64,000 bases of DNA. It comes from Escherichia phage vB_EcoM_G4498. The position numbers and the translations under genes are program-made. Below, one piece after another: positions 9,963 through 20,932 of this stretch (positions are counted from its first letter, which is position 1; every line of letters starts with the position of its first letter). The notes below the pieces were generated by a model. It worked only from the letters and a program-made list of their open reading frames with translations. It ran no database searches and was not told the origin of the DNA. The DNA lies in the sequence record NC_054918.1. The stretch is one strand, 5' to 3'.

Positions 9963-10712
9963 ATGGCAAACATTATTCGTTGTAAATTACCAGATGGTGT
10001 TCATCGTTTTAAACCATTTACGGTAGAAGATTATCGAGATTTTTTGTTAGTTCGAAACGATATAGAGCATCGGTCACCACAAGAACAAAAAGAAATAATT
10101 ACTGATTTAATTGATGATTATTTTGGAGACTATCCGAAGACTTGGCAACCATTTATATTTTTGCAGGTATTTGTAGGTTCAATAGGTAAAACTAAAGTAC
10201 CAGTCACATTTGTATGTCCAAAATGTAAAAAAGAAAAGACAGTTCCATTTGAAATATATCAAAAAGAATTAAAGGAACCTATTTTTGATGTAGCTAATGT
10301 TAAAATTAAATTAAATTTTCCTTCTGAGTTTTATGAAAATAAAGCAAAGATGATTACTGAAAATATTCATTCTGTTCAAGTAGATGAAATGTGGTATGAT
10401 TGGAAGGAAATTAGTGAATCGAGTCAAATAGAACTTGTTGACGCCATCGAGATAGAAACATTAGAAAAAATTCTCGATGCAATGAATCCTATTAATTTAA
10501 CATTGCACATGTCGTGTTGTGATAAGTACATTAAAAAATACACTGATATAGTAGATGTGTTTAAGCTATTAGTTAATCCAGATGAGATATTTACTTTTTA
10601 TCAAATTAATCACACGCTTGTAAAAAGTAATTATAGCTTAAATTCAATAATGAAAATGATTCCTGCCGAGCGCGGATTCGTATTAAAACTGATTGAGAAG
10701 GATAAACAATAA
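9963..10712 (+). CDS. 51: Baseplate hub assembly catalyst gp51
   Basis: 249-aa ORF in syntenic position; Cys pairs (CPKCKK). Confidence 0.85.
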   Translation: MANIIRCKLPDGVHRFKPFTVEDYRDFLLVRNDIEHRSPQEQKEIITDLIDDYFGDYPKTWQPFIFLQVFVGSIGKTKVPVTFVCPKCKKEKTVPFEIYQKELKEPIFDVANVKIKLNFPSEFYENKAKMITENIHSVQVDEMWYDWKEISESSQIELVDAIEIETLEKILDAMNPINLTLHMSCCDKYIKKYTDIVDVFKLLVNPDEIFTFYQINHTLVKSNYSLNSIMKMIPAERGFVLKLIEKDKQ

Positions 10713-11884
10713 TGAGTATGTTGCAACGCCCCGGATATCCAAATCTCAGCGTTAAATTATTTGAGAGTTATGACGCTTGGAGTAATAATAGATTTGTTGA
10801 ATTAGCTGCTACTATTACCACATTAACTATGCGGGATTCTCTTTATGGTCGAAATGAAGGAATGCTACAATTTTATGATTCTAAAAATATCCATACAAAA
10901 ATGGATGGAAATGAAATAATTCAGATTTCTGTAGCTAATGCAAACGATATTAATAATGTTAAAACAAGAATTTATGGATGTAAGCATTTTTCTGTATCTG
11001 TAGATTCAAAAGGTGATAACATCATTGCTATTGAATTGGGAACTATTCATTCTATAGAAAATCTTAAATTTGGTAGACCATTTTTCCCTGATGCAGGTGA
11101 ATCTATAAAAGAAATGCTTGGTGTCATTTATCAAGACCGCACATTATTAACTCCAGCAATAAATGCTATAAATGCTTATGTTCCTGATATTCCATGGACT
11201 AGCACATTTGAAAACTATTTGTCATATGTAAGAGAAGTTGCTCTAGCGGTAGGAAGCGATAAGTTCGTATTTGTATGGCAAGACATCATGGGAGTTAACA
11301 TGATGGACTATGATATGATGATAAATCAAGAACCATATCCAATGATTGTAGGTGAGCCAACTTTAATAGGTCAATTCGTCCAAGAATTGAAATATCCATT
11401 AGCATATGATTTTGTTTGGTTGACTAAATCAAACCCGCATAAACGTGATCCAATGAAAAATGCTACTATCTATGCTCATTCATTTTTAGATTCTTCATTA
11501 CCAATGATTACTACAGGAAAGGGTGAAAACTCTATTGTAGTGTCAAGGTCAGGTGCTTATTCTGAAATGACTTATAGAAATGGATATGAAGAAGCTATTC
11601 GTCTTCAGACTATGGCGCAATATGACGGCTATGCTAAATGTTCTACTGTCGGTAATTTTAACTTGACTCCTGGCGTTAAAATTATTTTTAATGATAGTAA
11701 AAACCAATTTAAAACAGAATTTTACGTTGATGAAGTTATTCACGAATTATCAAATAATAATTCCGTAACTCATCTATATATGTTCACTAATGCAACGAAA
11801 CTGGAAACAATCGACCCAGTTAAGGTTAAAAATGAATTTAAAACTGATACTACCACTGAAGAAAGTAGTTCTTCCGATAAGTAA
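10712..11884 (+). CDS. 27: Baseplate hub protein gp27
   Basis: 390-aa ORF; matches T4 gp27 in size and position. Confidence 0.9.
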   Translation: MSMLQRPGYPNLSVKLFESYDAWSNNRFVELAATITTLTMRDSLYGRNEGMLQFYDSKNIHTKMDGNEIIQISVANANDINNVKTRIYGCKHFSVSVDSKGDNIIAIELGTIHSIENLKFGRPFFPDAGESIKEMLGVIYQDRTLLTPAINAINAYVPDIPWTSTFENYLSYVREVALAVGSDKFVFVWQDIMGVNMMDYDMMINQEPYPMIVGEPTLIGQFVQELKYPLAYDFVWLTKSNPHKRDPMKNATIYAHSFLDSSLPMITTGKGENSIVVSRSGAYSEMTYRNGYEEAIRLQTMAQYDGYAKCSTVGNFNLTPGVKIIFNDSKNQFKTEFYVDEVIHELSNNNSVTHLYMFTNATKLETIDPVKVKNEFKTDTTTEESSSSDK

Positions 11885-12365
11885 TAAAGAAGTTTCTATT
11901 CCTAAGATGGGTCTTAAACATTATAACATTTTAAAAGATGTTAAAGGTCCTGATGAAAATTTAAAGCTTCTTATTGATTCTATTTGTCCAAATTTATCAC
12001 CGGCAGAAGTTGATTTCGTTTCTATTCATTTATTGGAATTTAATGGAAAGATTAAATCTCGTAAAGAAATAGATGGCTATACTTATGACATTAATGATGT
12101 TTATGTATGCCAAAGATTAGAATTTCAATACCAAGGAAATACATTTTATTTTAGACCTCCTGGAAAATTTGAACAATTTTTAACGGTGAGCGATATGTTA
12201 TCTAAATGCTTGCTTAAGGTCAACGATGAAGTTAAAGAAATTAATTTTCTTGAGATGCCAGCATTCGTTTTAAAATGGGCAAATGATATTTTTACAACTT
12301 TAGCAATTCCTGGCCCTAATGGTCCAATAACTGGAATTGGCAATATTATTGGATTATTTGAATGA
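11832..12365 (+). CDS. 28: Baseplate hub distal subunit gp28 (start inside the 3' end of gene 27)
   Basis: 177-aa ORF from ATG at 11832 preceded by AAGG; the ORF-track start at 11790 gives an N-terminal extension. Confidence 0.75.
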   Translation: MNLKLILPLKKVVLPISNKEVSIPKMGLKHYNILKDVKGPDENLKLLIDSICPNLSPAEVDFVSIHLLEFNGKIKSRKEIDGYTYDINDVYVCQRLEFQYQGNTFYFRPPGKFEQFLTVSDMLSKCLLKVNDEVKEINFLEMPAFVLKWANDIFTTLAIPGPNGPITGIGNIIGLFE

Positions 12366-14134
12366 AAAAGCCACAAGAAATGCAAACGATGCGTAGAAAA
12401 GTTATTTCAGATAATAAACCAACACAGGAAGCGGCTAAATCCGCTTCCAATACTTTATCTGGACTTAATGACATTTCTACAAAATTGGATGATGCTCAAG
12501 CTGCTTCTGAATTAATAGCTCAAACCGTTGAAGAAAAATCGAATGAAATAATTGGAGCAATTGACAATGTAGAAAGCGCAGTGAGTGATACTACTGCTGG
12601 TTCTGAGTTAATTGCTGAAACTGTCGAAATTGGCAATAATATTAATAAAGAAATCGGTGAATCGCTCGGAAGTAAATTAGATAAATTAACGAGTTTACTC
12701 GAGCAAAAAATCCAGACAGCCGGAATTCAACAAACAGGAACTAGTTTAGCTACGGTTGAAAGCGCTATTCCTGTTAAAGTTGTTGAGGACGATACAGCTG
12801 AATCCGTGGGTCCTTTATTACCAGCTCCTGAAGCAGTTAATAATGATCCTGACGCTGATTTTTTCCCTGCCCCTCAACCAGTTGAACCTAAGCGAGAGTC
12901 ACCGGAAGAAAAACAGAAAAAAGAAGCATTTAATTTAAAATTATCTCAAGCTTTAGATAAATTAACAAAGACTGTTGATTTTGGATTTAAAAAATCCATT
13001 TCAATTACTGATAAAATATCAAGCATGCTATTTAAGTATACTGTCAGTGCTGCTATTGAAGCTGCTAAAATGGTTGCATTAATAATGGCTGTTGTTATTG
13101 GAATAGACCTACTGATGGTTCATTTTAAATATTGGTCAGATAAATTTTCAAAAGCCTGGGATTTGTTTAGCACTGATTTTAAAACTTTTTCAAGCGAAAC
13201 CGGAACTTGGGGTCCTTTATTACAGAGCATCTTTGAATCTATTGATGAAATTAAAAAGTTCTGGGAAGCGGGAGATTGGGGCGGTTTGACGGTAGCTATT
13301 GTAGAAGGGCTTGGAAAGGTTCTTTATAATTTAGGAGAACTTATTCAGCTTGGAATGGCTAAATTATCAGCAGCAATTCTTCGAGTTATTCCTGGTATGA
13401 AAGATACTGCTGACGAAGTAGAAGGAAGAGCACTGGAAAATTTCCAAAATTCTACTGGAGCATCTCTCAATAAAGAAGACCAGGAAAAAGTTGCGAATTA
13501 TCAAGATAAACGAATGAATGGAGACCTTGGTCCGATAGCAGAAGGACTAGACAAAATTGCGAACTGGAAAACTCGTGCATCTAACTGGATTCGTGGTGTT
13601 GATAATAAAGAAGCATTGACAACTGATGAAGAACGCGCAGCAGAAGAAGAAAAATTAAAGCAGCTTTCACCAGAAGAAAGAAAAAATGCTTTAATGAAGG
13701 CTAATGAAGCCCGTGCCGCGATGATTCGTTTTGAAAAATATGCTGATTCAGCTGATATGAGTAAAGACTCAACGGTTAAATCAGTTGAAGCTGCCTATGA
13801 AGACCTTAAAAAACGAATGGATGACCCGGATTTAAATAATTCACCGGCAGTTAAAAAAGAACTTGCTGCTAGATTTTCTAAAATTGATGCTACTTATCAA
13901 GAGCTCAAGAAAAATCAGCCTAATGCCAAACCTCAAACTTCTGCTAAATCGCCAGAAGCAAAACAAGTCCAGGTAATAGAAAAGAACAAAGCACAGCAAG
14001 CTCCTATTCAACAAGCATCTCCTTCAATCAATAATACTAATAATGTTATTAAGAAAAATACTGTCGTTCATAATATGACACCCGTAACGAGCACGACTGC
14101 TCCTGGTGTATTTGATGCGACTGGAGTTAATTAA
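12362..14134 (+). CDS. 29: Baseplate hub / tail length determinator gp29
   Basis: 590-aa ORF in syntenic position, ATGA overlap with gene 28. Confidence 0.9.
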   Translation: MKKPQEMQTMRRKVISDNKPTQEAAKSASNTLSGLNDISTKLDDAQAASELIAQTVEEKSNEIIGAIDNVESAVSDTTAGSELIAETVEIGNNINKEIGESLGSKLDKLTSLLEQKIQTAGIQQTGTSLATVESAIPVKVVEDDTAESVGPLLPAPEAVNNDPDADFFPAPQPVEPKRESPEEKQKKEAFNLKLSQALDKLTKTVDFGFKKSISITDKISSMLFKYTVSAAIEAAKMVALIMAVVIGIDLLMVHFKYWSDKFSKAWDLFSTDFKTFSSETGTWGPLLQSIFESIDEIKKFWEAGDWGGLTVAIVEGLGKVLYNLGELIQLGMAKLSAAILRVIPGMKDTADEVEGRALENFQNSTGASLNKEDQEKVANYQDKRMNGDLGPIAEGLDKIANWKTRASNWIRGVDNKEALTTDEERAAEEEKLKQLSPEERKNALMKANEARAAMIRFEKYADSADMSKDSTVKSVEAAYEDLKKRMDDPDLNNSPAVKKELAARFSKIDATYQELKKNQPNAKPQTSAKSPEAKQVQVIEKNKAQQAPIQQASPSINNTNNVIKKNTVVHNMTPVTSTTAPGVFDATGVN

Positions 14135-14142
14135 GGAATAAT

Positions 14143-15237
14143 ATGGCAATTGTTAAAGAAATAACTGCTGATTTAATTAAAAAGTCCGGTGAGAAAATTT
14201 CAGCCGGACAGAGTACTAAATCAGAAGTAGCAACTAAAACATACACTGCCCAGTTTCCAACTGGGCGTGCTAGTGGTAATGACACTACAGGGGACTTCCA
14301 GGTAACAGATCTATATAAGAATGGATTATTATTTACTGCATACAATATGTCATCTAGGGATTCTGGAAGTCTTAGAACGATGAGATCTAACTACTCTTCT
14401 TCATCTTCGAGTATTTTACGTACAGCCAGAAACACTATCAGTAATACAGTATCAAAACTATCAAATGGACTAATATCAGATAATAATTCAGGAACAATAA
14501 GTAAAGTTCCTGTTGCAAATATTCTTTTACCTAGATCTAAATCTGACGTCGATACGTCATCACATAGATTTAATGATGTTCAAGATAGTCTTATTACAAA
14601 AGGTGGAGGTACTGCTACTGGTGTGCTAAGCAATATGGCTTCAACCGCAGTATTTGGAGCGCTGGAAAGTATAACACAAGGTATAATGGCTGATAATAAT
14701 GAACAGATTTATACGACAGCCAGAAGCATGTACGGCGGTGCTGAAAATAGAACTAAAGTGTTCACTTGGGATTTGACTCCGCGCTCAACAGAAGATTTAA
14801 TGGCTATTATTAATATCTATCAGTATTTTAACTATTTTTCTTACGGTGAAACTGGTAAATCTCAATATGCTGCTGAAATAAAAGGATATCTAGATGAGTG
14901 GTACCGTTCTACTTTTATTGAGCCGTTAACTCCAGAAGATGCAGTTAAAAATAAGACGTTATTTGAGAAAATGACATCGAGTTTAACTAACGTTCTTGTA
15001 GTTTCAAACCCGACAATTTGGATGGTGAAAAACTTTGGTGCAACATCTAAGTTTGATGGAAAAACGGAAATATTCGGTCCATGTCAAATCCAGAGTATCA
15101 GATTTGATAAAACACCTAATGGTAACTTTAACGGATTAGCTATTGCTCCAAATCTCCCTAGTACATTTACTCTCGAGATTACTATGAGAGAAATTATCAC
15201 GTTAAACCGTGCTTCTTTATATGCGGGGACTTTTTAA
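14143..15237 (+). CDS. 48: Baseplate tail-tube junction protein gp48
   Basis: 364-aa ORF in syntenic position. Confidence 0.9.
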   Translation: MAIVKEITADLIKKSGEKISAGQSTKSEVATKTYTAQFPTGRASGNDTTGDFQVTDLYKNGLLFTAYNMSSRDSGSLRTMRSNYSSSSSSILRTARNTISNTVSKLSNGLISDNNSGTISKVPVANILLPRSKSDVDTSSHRFNDVQDSLITKGGGTATGVLSNMASTAVFGALESITQGIMADNNEQIYTTARSMYGGAENRTKVFTWDLTPRSTEDLMAIINIYQYFNYFSYGETGKSQYAAEIKGYLDEWYRSTFIEPLTPEDAVKNKTLFEKMTSSLTNVLVVSNPTIWMVKNFGATSKFDGKTEIFGPCQIQSIRFDKTPNGNFNGLAIAPNLPSTFTLEITMREIITLNRASLYAGTF

Positions 15238-16202
15238 TGTATTCTTTAGAGGAATTTAATAATCAAGCAATAAACGCAGATTTCCAACGTAATAATATGT
15301 TCAGCTGTGTTTTTGCTACAACTCCATCAACTAAAAGCTCTTCGTTGATAAGTTCAATTAGCAACTTTTCTTATAATAACTTGGGCCTAAATTCAGATTG
15401 GTTAGGATTAACTCAAGGCGATATTAATCAGGGAATTACTACGCTAATTACAGCTGGCACACAAAAACTGATAAGAAAATCAGGGGTTAGTAAATATCTT
15501 ATTGGTGCCATGAGTCAACGTACAGTTCAAAGTTTATTAGGCTCATTTACAGTTGGTACATATTTAATTGACTTCTTTAACATGGCATATAACTCATCTG
15601 GATTGATGATATACTCTGTAAAAATGCCAGAGAATAGATTATCCTATGAAACTGACTGGAACTATAATTCTCCTAATATTCGTATAACTGGGAGAGAATT
15701 AGACCCTTTGGTTATTTCATTCAGAATGGATTCAGAAGCTTGTAACTATCGTGCAATGCAAGACTGGGTTAACGCTGTTCAAGACCCAGTAACTGGATTG
15801 CGTGCTTTGCCGCAAGATGTCGAGGCTGATATTCAGGTTAATCTTCATTCTCGCAATGGATTACCACATACTGCGGTGATGTTCACTGGATGCATTCCAG
15901 TGTCCGTAAGCGCTCCTGAGTTATCATATGATGGAGATAACCAAATAACTACATTTGATGTTACTTTTGCGTATAGAGTCATGCAGGCTGGAGCAGTTGA
16001 TAGACAAGCTGCGCTTGAATGGCTTGAATCTGCTGCTATAAATGGTATTCAAAGCGTTCTCGGAAATAGTGGAGGTGTCACTGGACTATCTAATTCGCTT
16101 TCACGACTTAGTAGATTAGGGGGAACTGCAGGAAGCATTTCAAATATTAACACTATGACAGGAATTGTCAATTCGCAAAGTAAAATATTAGGAGCAATAT
16201 AA
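15237..16202 (+). CDS. 54: Baseplate tail-tube initiator gp54
   Basis: 321-aa ORF; overlapping start with gene 48 stop. Confidence 0.9.
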   Translation: MYSLEEFNNQAINADFQRNNMFSCVFATTPSTKSSSLISSISNFSYNNLGLNSDWLGLTQGDINQGITTLITAGTQKLIRKSGVSKYLIGAMSQRTVQSLLGSFTVGTYLIDFFNMAYNSSGLMIYSVKMPENRLSYETDWNYNSPNIRITGRELDPLVISFRMDSEACNYRAMQDWVNAVQDPVTGLRALPQDVEADIQVNLHSRNGLPHTAVMFTGCIPVSVSAPELSYDGDNQITTFDVTFAYRVMQAGAVDRQAALEWLESAAINGIQSVLGNSGGVTGLSNSLSRLSRLGGTAGSISNINTMTGIVNSQSKILGAI

Positions 16203-16206
16203 CAAT

Positions 16207-16236
16207 GGGGACCTTTCGGTCCCCATATTTTTATTT
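16207..16236. terminator. Bidirectional hairpin terminator between gene 54 and the alt.-3-like ORF
   Basis: GGGGACCTTTCGGTCCCC followed by T-run. Confidence 0.7.
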
Positions 16237-16521
16237 ACGGAATGAAATGAAAGCAGCAACTGAAGCAACTAAACTGTCTTCAATATAAACTTCAATTTTT
16301 ACCGGAGCTTCTGACTCAAATTTACCTGTTACTACACCCTGAAAAATACTTTCAGTCTGTTCTGGCTTTGAAAAATTTTCAGAAGGAAAAATTCCGAACT
16401 TTTTATCTGTTCCAAAAATTTTGATAAATTCATCGTAAACTGCTTCATTAAAAGCATTATCAGCAGGAATAACGCCTTCAACTACAAGTTCTTGACCTAA
16501 AAAGCGCAAAGAAGATTTCAT
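16231..16521 (-). CDS. Hypothetical protein, positional equivalent of alt.-3
   Basis: 96-aa ORF with GAGGAA SD; early promoter immediately upstream. Confidence 0.6.
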   Translation of the reverse strand: MKSSLRFLGQELVVEGVIPADNAFNEAVYDEFIKIFGTDKKFGIFPSENFSKPEQTESIFQGVVTGKFESEAPVKIEVYIEDSLVASVAAFISFRK

Positions 16522-16552
16522 TTTGTGTTCCTCATGTTATGTCAGTAAGACT

Positions 16553-16582
16553 ACTATAACACAACACGAGGGACTTGTAAAC
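16553..16582 (-). promoter_or_regulatory. T4-type early promoter
   Basis: Minus strand GTTTAC, 18 nt, TATAGT; near-identical copy at 32477..32506. Confidence 0.6.
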
Positions 16583-18639
16583 TACATCTTGAACTTTTTA
16601 GACATTCCGTTGATGTTAACCAAAGAAGCTAAGATTTGAGAAACTTCGTTTTCCTCTTCTTTTGATTCTTCTACAAGGAATTGATTAAATCCAGCCATTG
16701 GACGAACTTCACCAGTTTCCATTAGATGGTCGCCATCATATACTGATTCTTCTAATTGTTCAGAAGGAGGAACGATTGTACCTTCGATTAGATACTTGTT
16801 ATAAGCAGTTTCTTTCATAAAGTAAGTACTTACTTTATTAATCTTCAGTAAAATTCCACGTGGTAGAATAACTTCAGCTTCTGACGGAAATCCTGATAAA
16901 TGACCCGGAACGATAACTTTGATTCGCTCAGCTCCTTTAATTACCATACCCACGCTAGTTTCAGCATCTTCATTAGCATATGTAGAATGACTACCCATAT
17001 GCATCAAATCTTCTGCATCAACGGAACCTTCTCCTTCACCAGAAAATACTGCGCCGGAATCATCTAGAGCCATATAGTTTTTACCATGCTCACCGAAGAT
17101 ATTTGGTTTAAGCGATGTGGATACGAAGTTCTTGAAATAGAACATTTTATTTTCAATGTTATGACGCAAAGTTTTAAAGGTAACTTCTTGTCCACGGTAA
17201 AGTGTAGTTCCTGGAGGAAGAACTGAACCTTTAGCGAATGCAGAATCAAGCGTCTCAATATGTTTAATAGCTCGTTCCATATATTCTTCACGGGTAGAAT
17301 CTGGTTTACCCAAAAGGAACGAGTTCATTTCAACATATGAATCTGCACAATAATCTTCAATTACATCAGATTCAGCTTGAGTTAATCCTTTTGGAGTTAC
17401 TTCAGTGCTTGCGTATTCATATGCCTGAGCAGCAGATTCATTAATCAATTTATAAATGCCATTCATGACAAATTGAATAATAGCTGTCTTTTCATCTGGC
17501 GTAGCTTTAGAACCTTTAACCAAATCATTGATAATTTTCTTAATAACATCAAAGCTATTAGAAATATTAATATCAGCAAGATCGCTTAAAATTTTATCAG
17601 TCTTATAATCAAAGAATTCTTTATTCTTTAAATATTCTTGAGAACCTTGATATGTTATATCGCTCTGTAACTTGATAGATGGATCACGTAAACGTGCATG
17701 GGCTAATGCAATATGATTTCGGAAGCTTTCGAGTTCATAATCACTAGATTTAAAACGAGAAGCGCTTCTCATACCGCCTATAGCTCCTTTGCTGAAGTTT
17801 GAACCAATTTGAATAACGCCAGAGTTCATTGGTCCTTCTGCTTTATACACCGGAACTTTAGATTCAAACTCTTGATATTTCTTAGCAGCGAAGCTATCAC
17901 CCTGAAGTGAAGCATCAACAGTAGAATATTGAGCTTGTGCTGCTAATCGACGACTAATTTTAGTTTTCTGAATAACAGCTTGGTCCGTGCGCTTATCATT
18001 TTCTAAAGCAATAGAAGCAGCAACAGCAACAGCTTTAGGAACAGCATTACCTGTTTTAACATCTACATAAACATCACCAACCTTTGATTCAACTTTTGTG
18101 AATAACTCAGTTGAAATAGGAGGTACACCTGGAATGTCTTCTAAATTGGCATTTTTACGATAAACCATAATATATGCGTACTTTTTATCATAATCCCAGA
18201 TTTCCTTTAAAAGAACATATCGACCTGCTCCTTTAGTACGTACTAAACGGTCAGCAATAACTTGCATTTGACGAGCAGCGCCATTTGTTTTACTCTTTAG
18301 TACGCGGAATAAGCATGCATCAATTTTATACTGTTTCATTGTTTGAAGAGCAGTATCAAAAACAGCGTTAATGACGCCAATTGGATTTCCACCCAAGTTT
18401 CTAAGTTTAACCAGTGATAATTTCTCGTTGACACCTATCATTACGATATGCATCATTTTATCGCCCGGCTTAACGTTTTTATTTGTATCACCTCCAGAGG
18501 TGTATGTACAAAATCTAAATCCAGGAAGCACGCTTTCTTCGCCGGCTTGAATAGCAAAAATTTGAGGTATTTTATGCTTAGGATTTAAGTTAACAACCGG
18601 CGCCGAAGCGCCGTCAAATAATTCTGTAATAAGTTCCAT
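16582..18639 (-). CDS. Alt-like ADP-ribosyltransferase paralog (685 aa)
   Basis: N-terminus MELITELFD... closely similar to Alt; retains R (TLYRGQ), STS (FVSTSL) and ExE (EAEVILPRG) motifs; AGGA SD inside the alt 3' end. Confidence 0.85.
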   Translation of the reverse strand: MELITELFDGASAPVVNLNPKHKIPQIFAIQAGEESVLPGFRFCTYTSGGDTNKNVKPGDKMMHIVMIGVNEKLSLVKLRNLGGNPIGVINAVFDTALQTMKQYKIDACLFRVLKSKTNGAARQMQVIADRLVRTKGAGRYVLLKEIWDYDKKYAYIMVYRKNANLEDIPGVPPISTELFTKVESKVGDVYVDVKTGNAVPKAVAVAASIALENDKRTDQAVIQKTKISRRLAAQAQYSTVDASLQGDSFAAKKYQEFESKVPVYKAEGPMNSGVIQIGSNFSKGAIGGMRSASRFKSSDYELESFRNHIALAHARLRDPSIKLQSDITYQGSQEYLKNKEFFDYKTDKILSDLADINISNSFDVIKKIINDLVKGSKATPDEKTAIIQFVMNGIYKLINESAAQAYEYASTEVTPKGLTQAESDVIEDYCADSYVEMNSFLLGKPDSTREEYMERAIKHIETLDSAFAKGSVLPPGTTLYRGQEVTFKTLRHNIENKMFYFKNFVSTSLKPNIFGEHGKNYMALDDSGAVFSGEGEGSVDAEDLMHMGSHSTYANEDAETSVGMVIKGAERIKVIVPGHLSGFPSEAEVILPRGILLKINKVSTYFMKETAYNKYLIEGTIVPPSEQLEESVYDGDHLMETGEVRPMAGFNQFLVEESKEEENEVSQILASLVNINGMSKKFKM

Positions 18640-18642
18640 GAT

Positions 18643-20691
18643 TTATCCTTGAACGAACTTGTAAGGCATGTTTGTAATATCTATGCAAGACGCAATAATT
18701 CCAAGAGATGATTCTACTTTCTGTTTAACATTTGATGAAACAAATGATGCAAAGTCAACTCTATCTTCTATATCACCTGTCATTGTAACTACTTCGCCGG
18801 TTTCCATTAAACGGTCACCGTCATAAATTACTGATTCGGTGAGTTCTTCGGTGGTCATAACTTCAGCTTGAATAAGCTTGTTGTTAGTTTTGACTGTTCC
18901 ATCATTGTAAGATGCATCAGTTATTTTATTAACTTTGACCATTAATCCACGTGGCAAAATGACTTCCATTTCATTTGAAGGCGCTAAACTTCCACCGGGT
19001 AAAACAACATTGACTTTATCAGCCCCAGTAATAACCCATCCAATTCCGACTAAATTATCGCTAGAATTAACAAGCCCTTCATCATTTTTATCGATAGAAA
19101 TGTTTAGACGCTTTTCATCTGGTAAAACACCAACAGCTGAATCAGTCATCCAAGTACCAAAAATGTTTGGATATAATGATGTTGATACAAAATTTCTAAA
19201 ATAAAAAACTCGATTTTTTACCATTGCTTCGTATATTGAAGGTAACATTCGTTGTGAACGATACAAAGTAATACCTTTTGGTAATCGTTCACCATTTTTA
19301 AAGGCTGAATCTAAATTATCAATAGCTTTTTCTATGTCAGATGCTGTCAAAATACTTGTACGCTCATCTGGATTATATAATCCCAAAAGAGCATTATTTA
19401 TGTCTACATATCCTGAACCTACGTATTCACGAATTCCGCGTTTTTGTGCTGGTGTGTATTTAGATGAATCTTTATTTTCGACTATAGGATGTAATGACCA
19501 TCCAGCTGTAAGAGCATATCCACGTAATTCTCTTCGAATAATCTTTGTTTTTATTGCATTCCAAGAATTTTGTACTAACTCATTTGCAGCATCTTGGTTT
19601 AAATGCGAATGTTTGTTAATATTTCTTTCAAACCAAGCACCTTTATATTTTTCTAAAGTATCATCGACGATAGAAGCAATAGTTTCTAAAGTTTTTATTG
19701 AAGTAATAGATTCTTTTCGTAATTTTTCTAAAGCTTTATTTTTTATTTCTGCATTAATAATGGATTCTTTATCTTCAGGAATTATAGAAGCTTCTCTGAA
19801 TGCCATCCCAGCTGTAACACTGCTAAGAGCATTCTCTAGTGCAAATCCTGAAGTAGAAATTACCGTTAATTCATTAGAATCAGAAATTAAAGGCGCATCA
19901 GCGGGTTTATTTAATTCTGCTGCTGAAGCCTCAAATTTTTGAAACATCGGTGTTTCAAATCTAGAAGATTCCAATGACTGACTTTGTGCAATTGCTCTAC
20001 GGGAAATTTTAACTTTAACGATTACAGCTTGGTCAGAACGTTTATCATTTTCTTGTGCAATAGATGCTGCAATTGCCTCATTTTTGGTTACTTGAGCTCC
20101 GGTATCTTTATTGATATAAACATCACCGACCTTCGATTCAACTTTAGTAAAGAGCTCGGTACTAATTTCCGGAACTCCTGGAATGTCTTCTAGTGATACA
20201 TTTTTGCGATGTATAAGAATATATGCATACTTTTTATCATAATCCCAGAGTTCCTTAAGAAGGACGTATCTGCCACCTGAACGACTACGGATAAGTCTAT
20301 CAGCAATAACTTGAATTTGTCGAGCTTGACCAGCGGTTTTAGACTTAAGAATACGAAGCATACAAGCATCAATTTTATACTGACGCATTGTTTGCATTGC
20401 AACAGTAAAAACTGAATTGATATAATTAATTGGGCTTGGACCAAGACCTTTTAATTTAGCAATTGAACCTTTAGCGGTTAATGTAAAAGGAACAATATGC
20501 ATCATTTTATCGCCCATTTTTAAATCGCGATTAGTATCACCTCCAGATGTATAGGTACATAAACGAAAGCCTGGTTGTTCAATTGCATCATCAACATGAA
20601 CTGAAAAAATTTGCGGTATTTTCTTCTTTGGATTTAAGTTTGTAATCGGAAGAGTAGTATCTTCGTCAAATAATTCTGTAATAAGTTCCAT
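18643..20691 (-). CDS. alt: Alt, packaged ADP-ribosyltransferase
   Basis: 682-aa ORF from second ATG; MELITELFDEDTTLPITNLNPKKKIPQIF... matches T4 Alt; R / STS / ExE motifs. Confidence 0.95.
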   Translation of the reverse strand: MELITELFDEDTTLPITNLNPKKKIPQIFSVHVDDAIEQPGFRLCTYTSGGDTNRDLKMGDKMMHIVPFTLTAKGSIAKLKGLGPSPINYINSVFTVAMQTMRQYKIDACMLRILKSKTAGQARQIQVIADRLIRSRSGGRYVLLKELWDYDKKYAYILIHRKNVSLEDIPGVPEISTELFTKVESKVGDVYINKDTGAQVTKNEAIAASIAQENDKRSDQAVIVKVKISRRAIAQSQSLESSRFETPMFQKFEASAAELNKPADAPLISDSNELTVISTSGFALENALSSVTAGMAFREASIIPEDKESIINAEIKNKALEKLRKESITSIKTLETIASIVDDTLEKYKGAWFERNINKHSHLNQDAANELVQNSWNAIKTKIIRRELRGYALTAGWSLHPIVENKDSSKYTPAQKRGIREYVGSGYVDINNALLGLYNPDERTSILTASDIEKAIDNLDSAFKNGERLPKGITLYRSQRMLPSIYEAMVKNRVFYFRNFVSTSLYPNIFGTWMTDSAVGVLPDEKRLNISIDKNDEGLVNSSDNLVGIGWVITGADKVNVVLPGGSLAPSNEMEVILPRGLMVKVNKITDASYNDGTVKTNNKLIQAEVMTTEELTESVIYDGDRLMETGEVVTMTGDIEDRVDFASFVSSNVKQKVESSLGIIASCIDITNMPYKFVQG

Positions 20692-20714
20692 CATAGCCTC
20701 TCTAGTGTTTATTC

Positions 20715-20722
20715 TATTTATA
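20715..20722 (-). promoter_or_regulatory. Late promoter for alt
   Basis: TATAAATA on minus strand about 25 nt upstream of the alt ATG. Confidence 0.6.
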
Positions 20723-20728
20723 AAATTA

Positions 20729-20747
20729 AAGGCCCGAAGGCCTTTAG
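20729..20747 (-). terminator. Hairpin terminator downstream of gene 30 / small ORF
   Basis: AAAGGCCTTCGGGCCTTT followed by TTTAATTTT on minus strand. Confidence 0.65.
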
Positions 20748-20932
20748 TAATCTAGTGGTAAGAGAGTACGATATATTTCAAACTTTGGTCCTTTTTCATA
20801 GGCATCAAATGTTTCTGTAAATTTATTATAAGCGTATGCATCTACAAATTCGAGAATGACTTGTGATACAGAAGTAGAAACATCTCCACCTTCTTTTTGA
20901 GCAATGACAATTGTTTCTAAGTAAGCTTTCAT
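20744..20932 (-). CDS. Hypothetical 62-aa protein coupled to gene 30
   Basis: ORF start overlaps gene 30 stop (ATGA); its stop lies inside the terminator hairpin. Confidence 0.45.
   Translation of the reverse strand: MKAYLETIVIAQKEGGDVSTSVSQVILEFVDAYAYNKFTETFDAYEKGPKFEIYRTLLPLDY

Noticed and set aside
16582-18639. Possibility that the second Alt-like ORF is a pseudogene
   Set aside because: The frame is intact over 685 codons with its own SD and conserved catalytic motifs, so it is called as a CDS.
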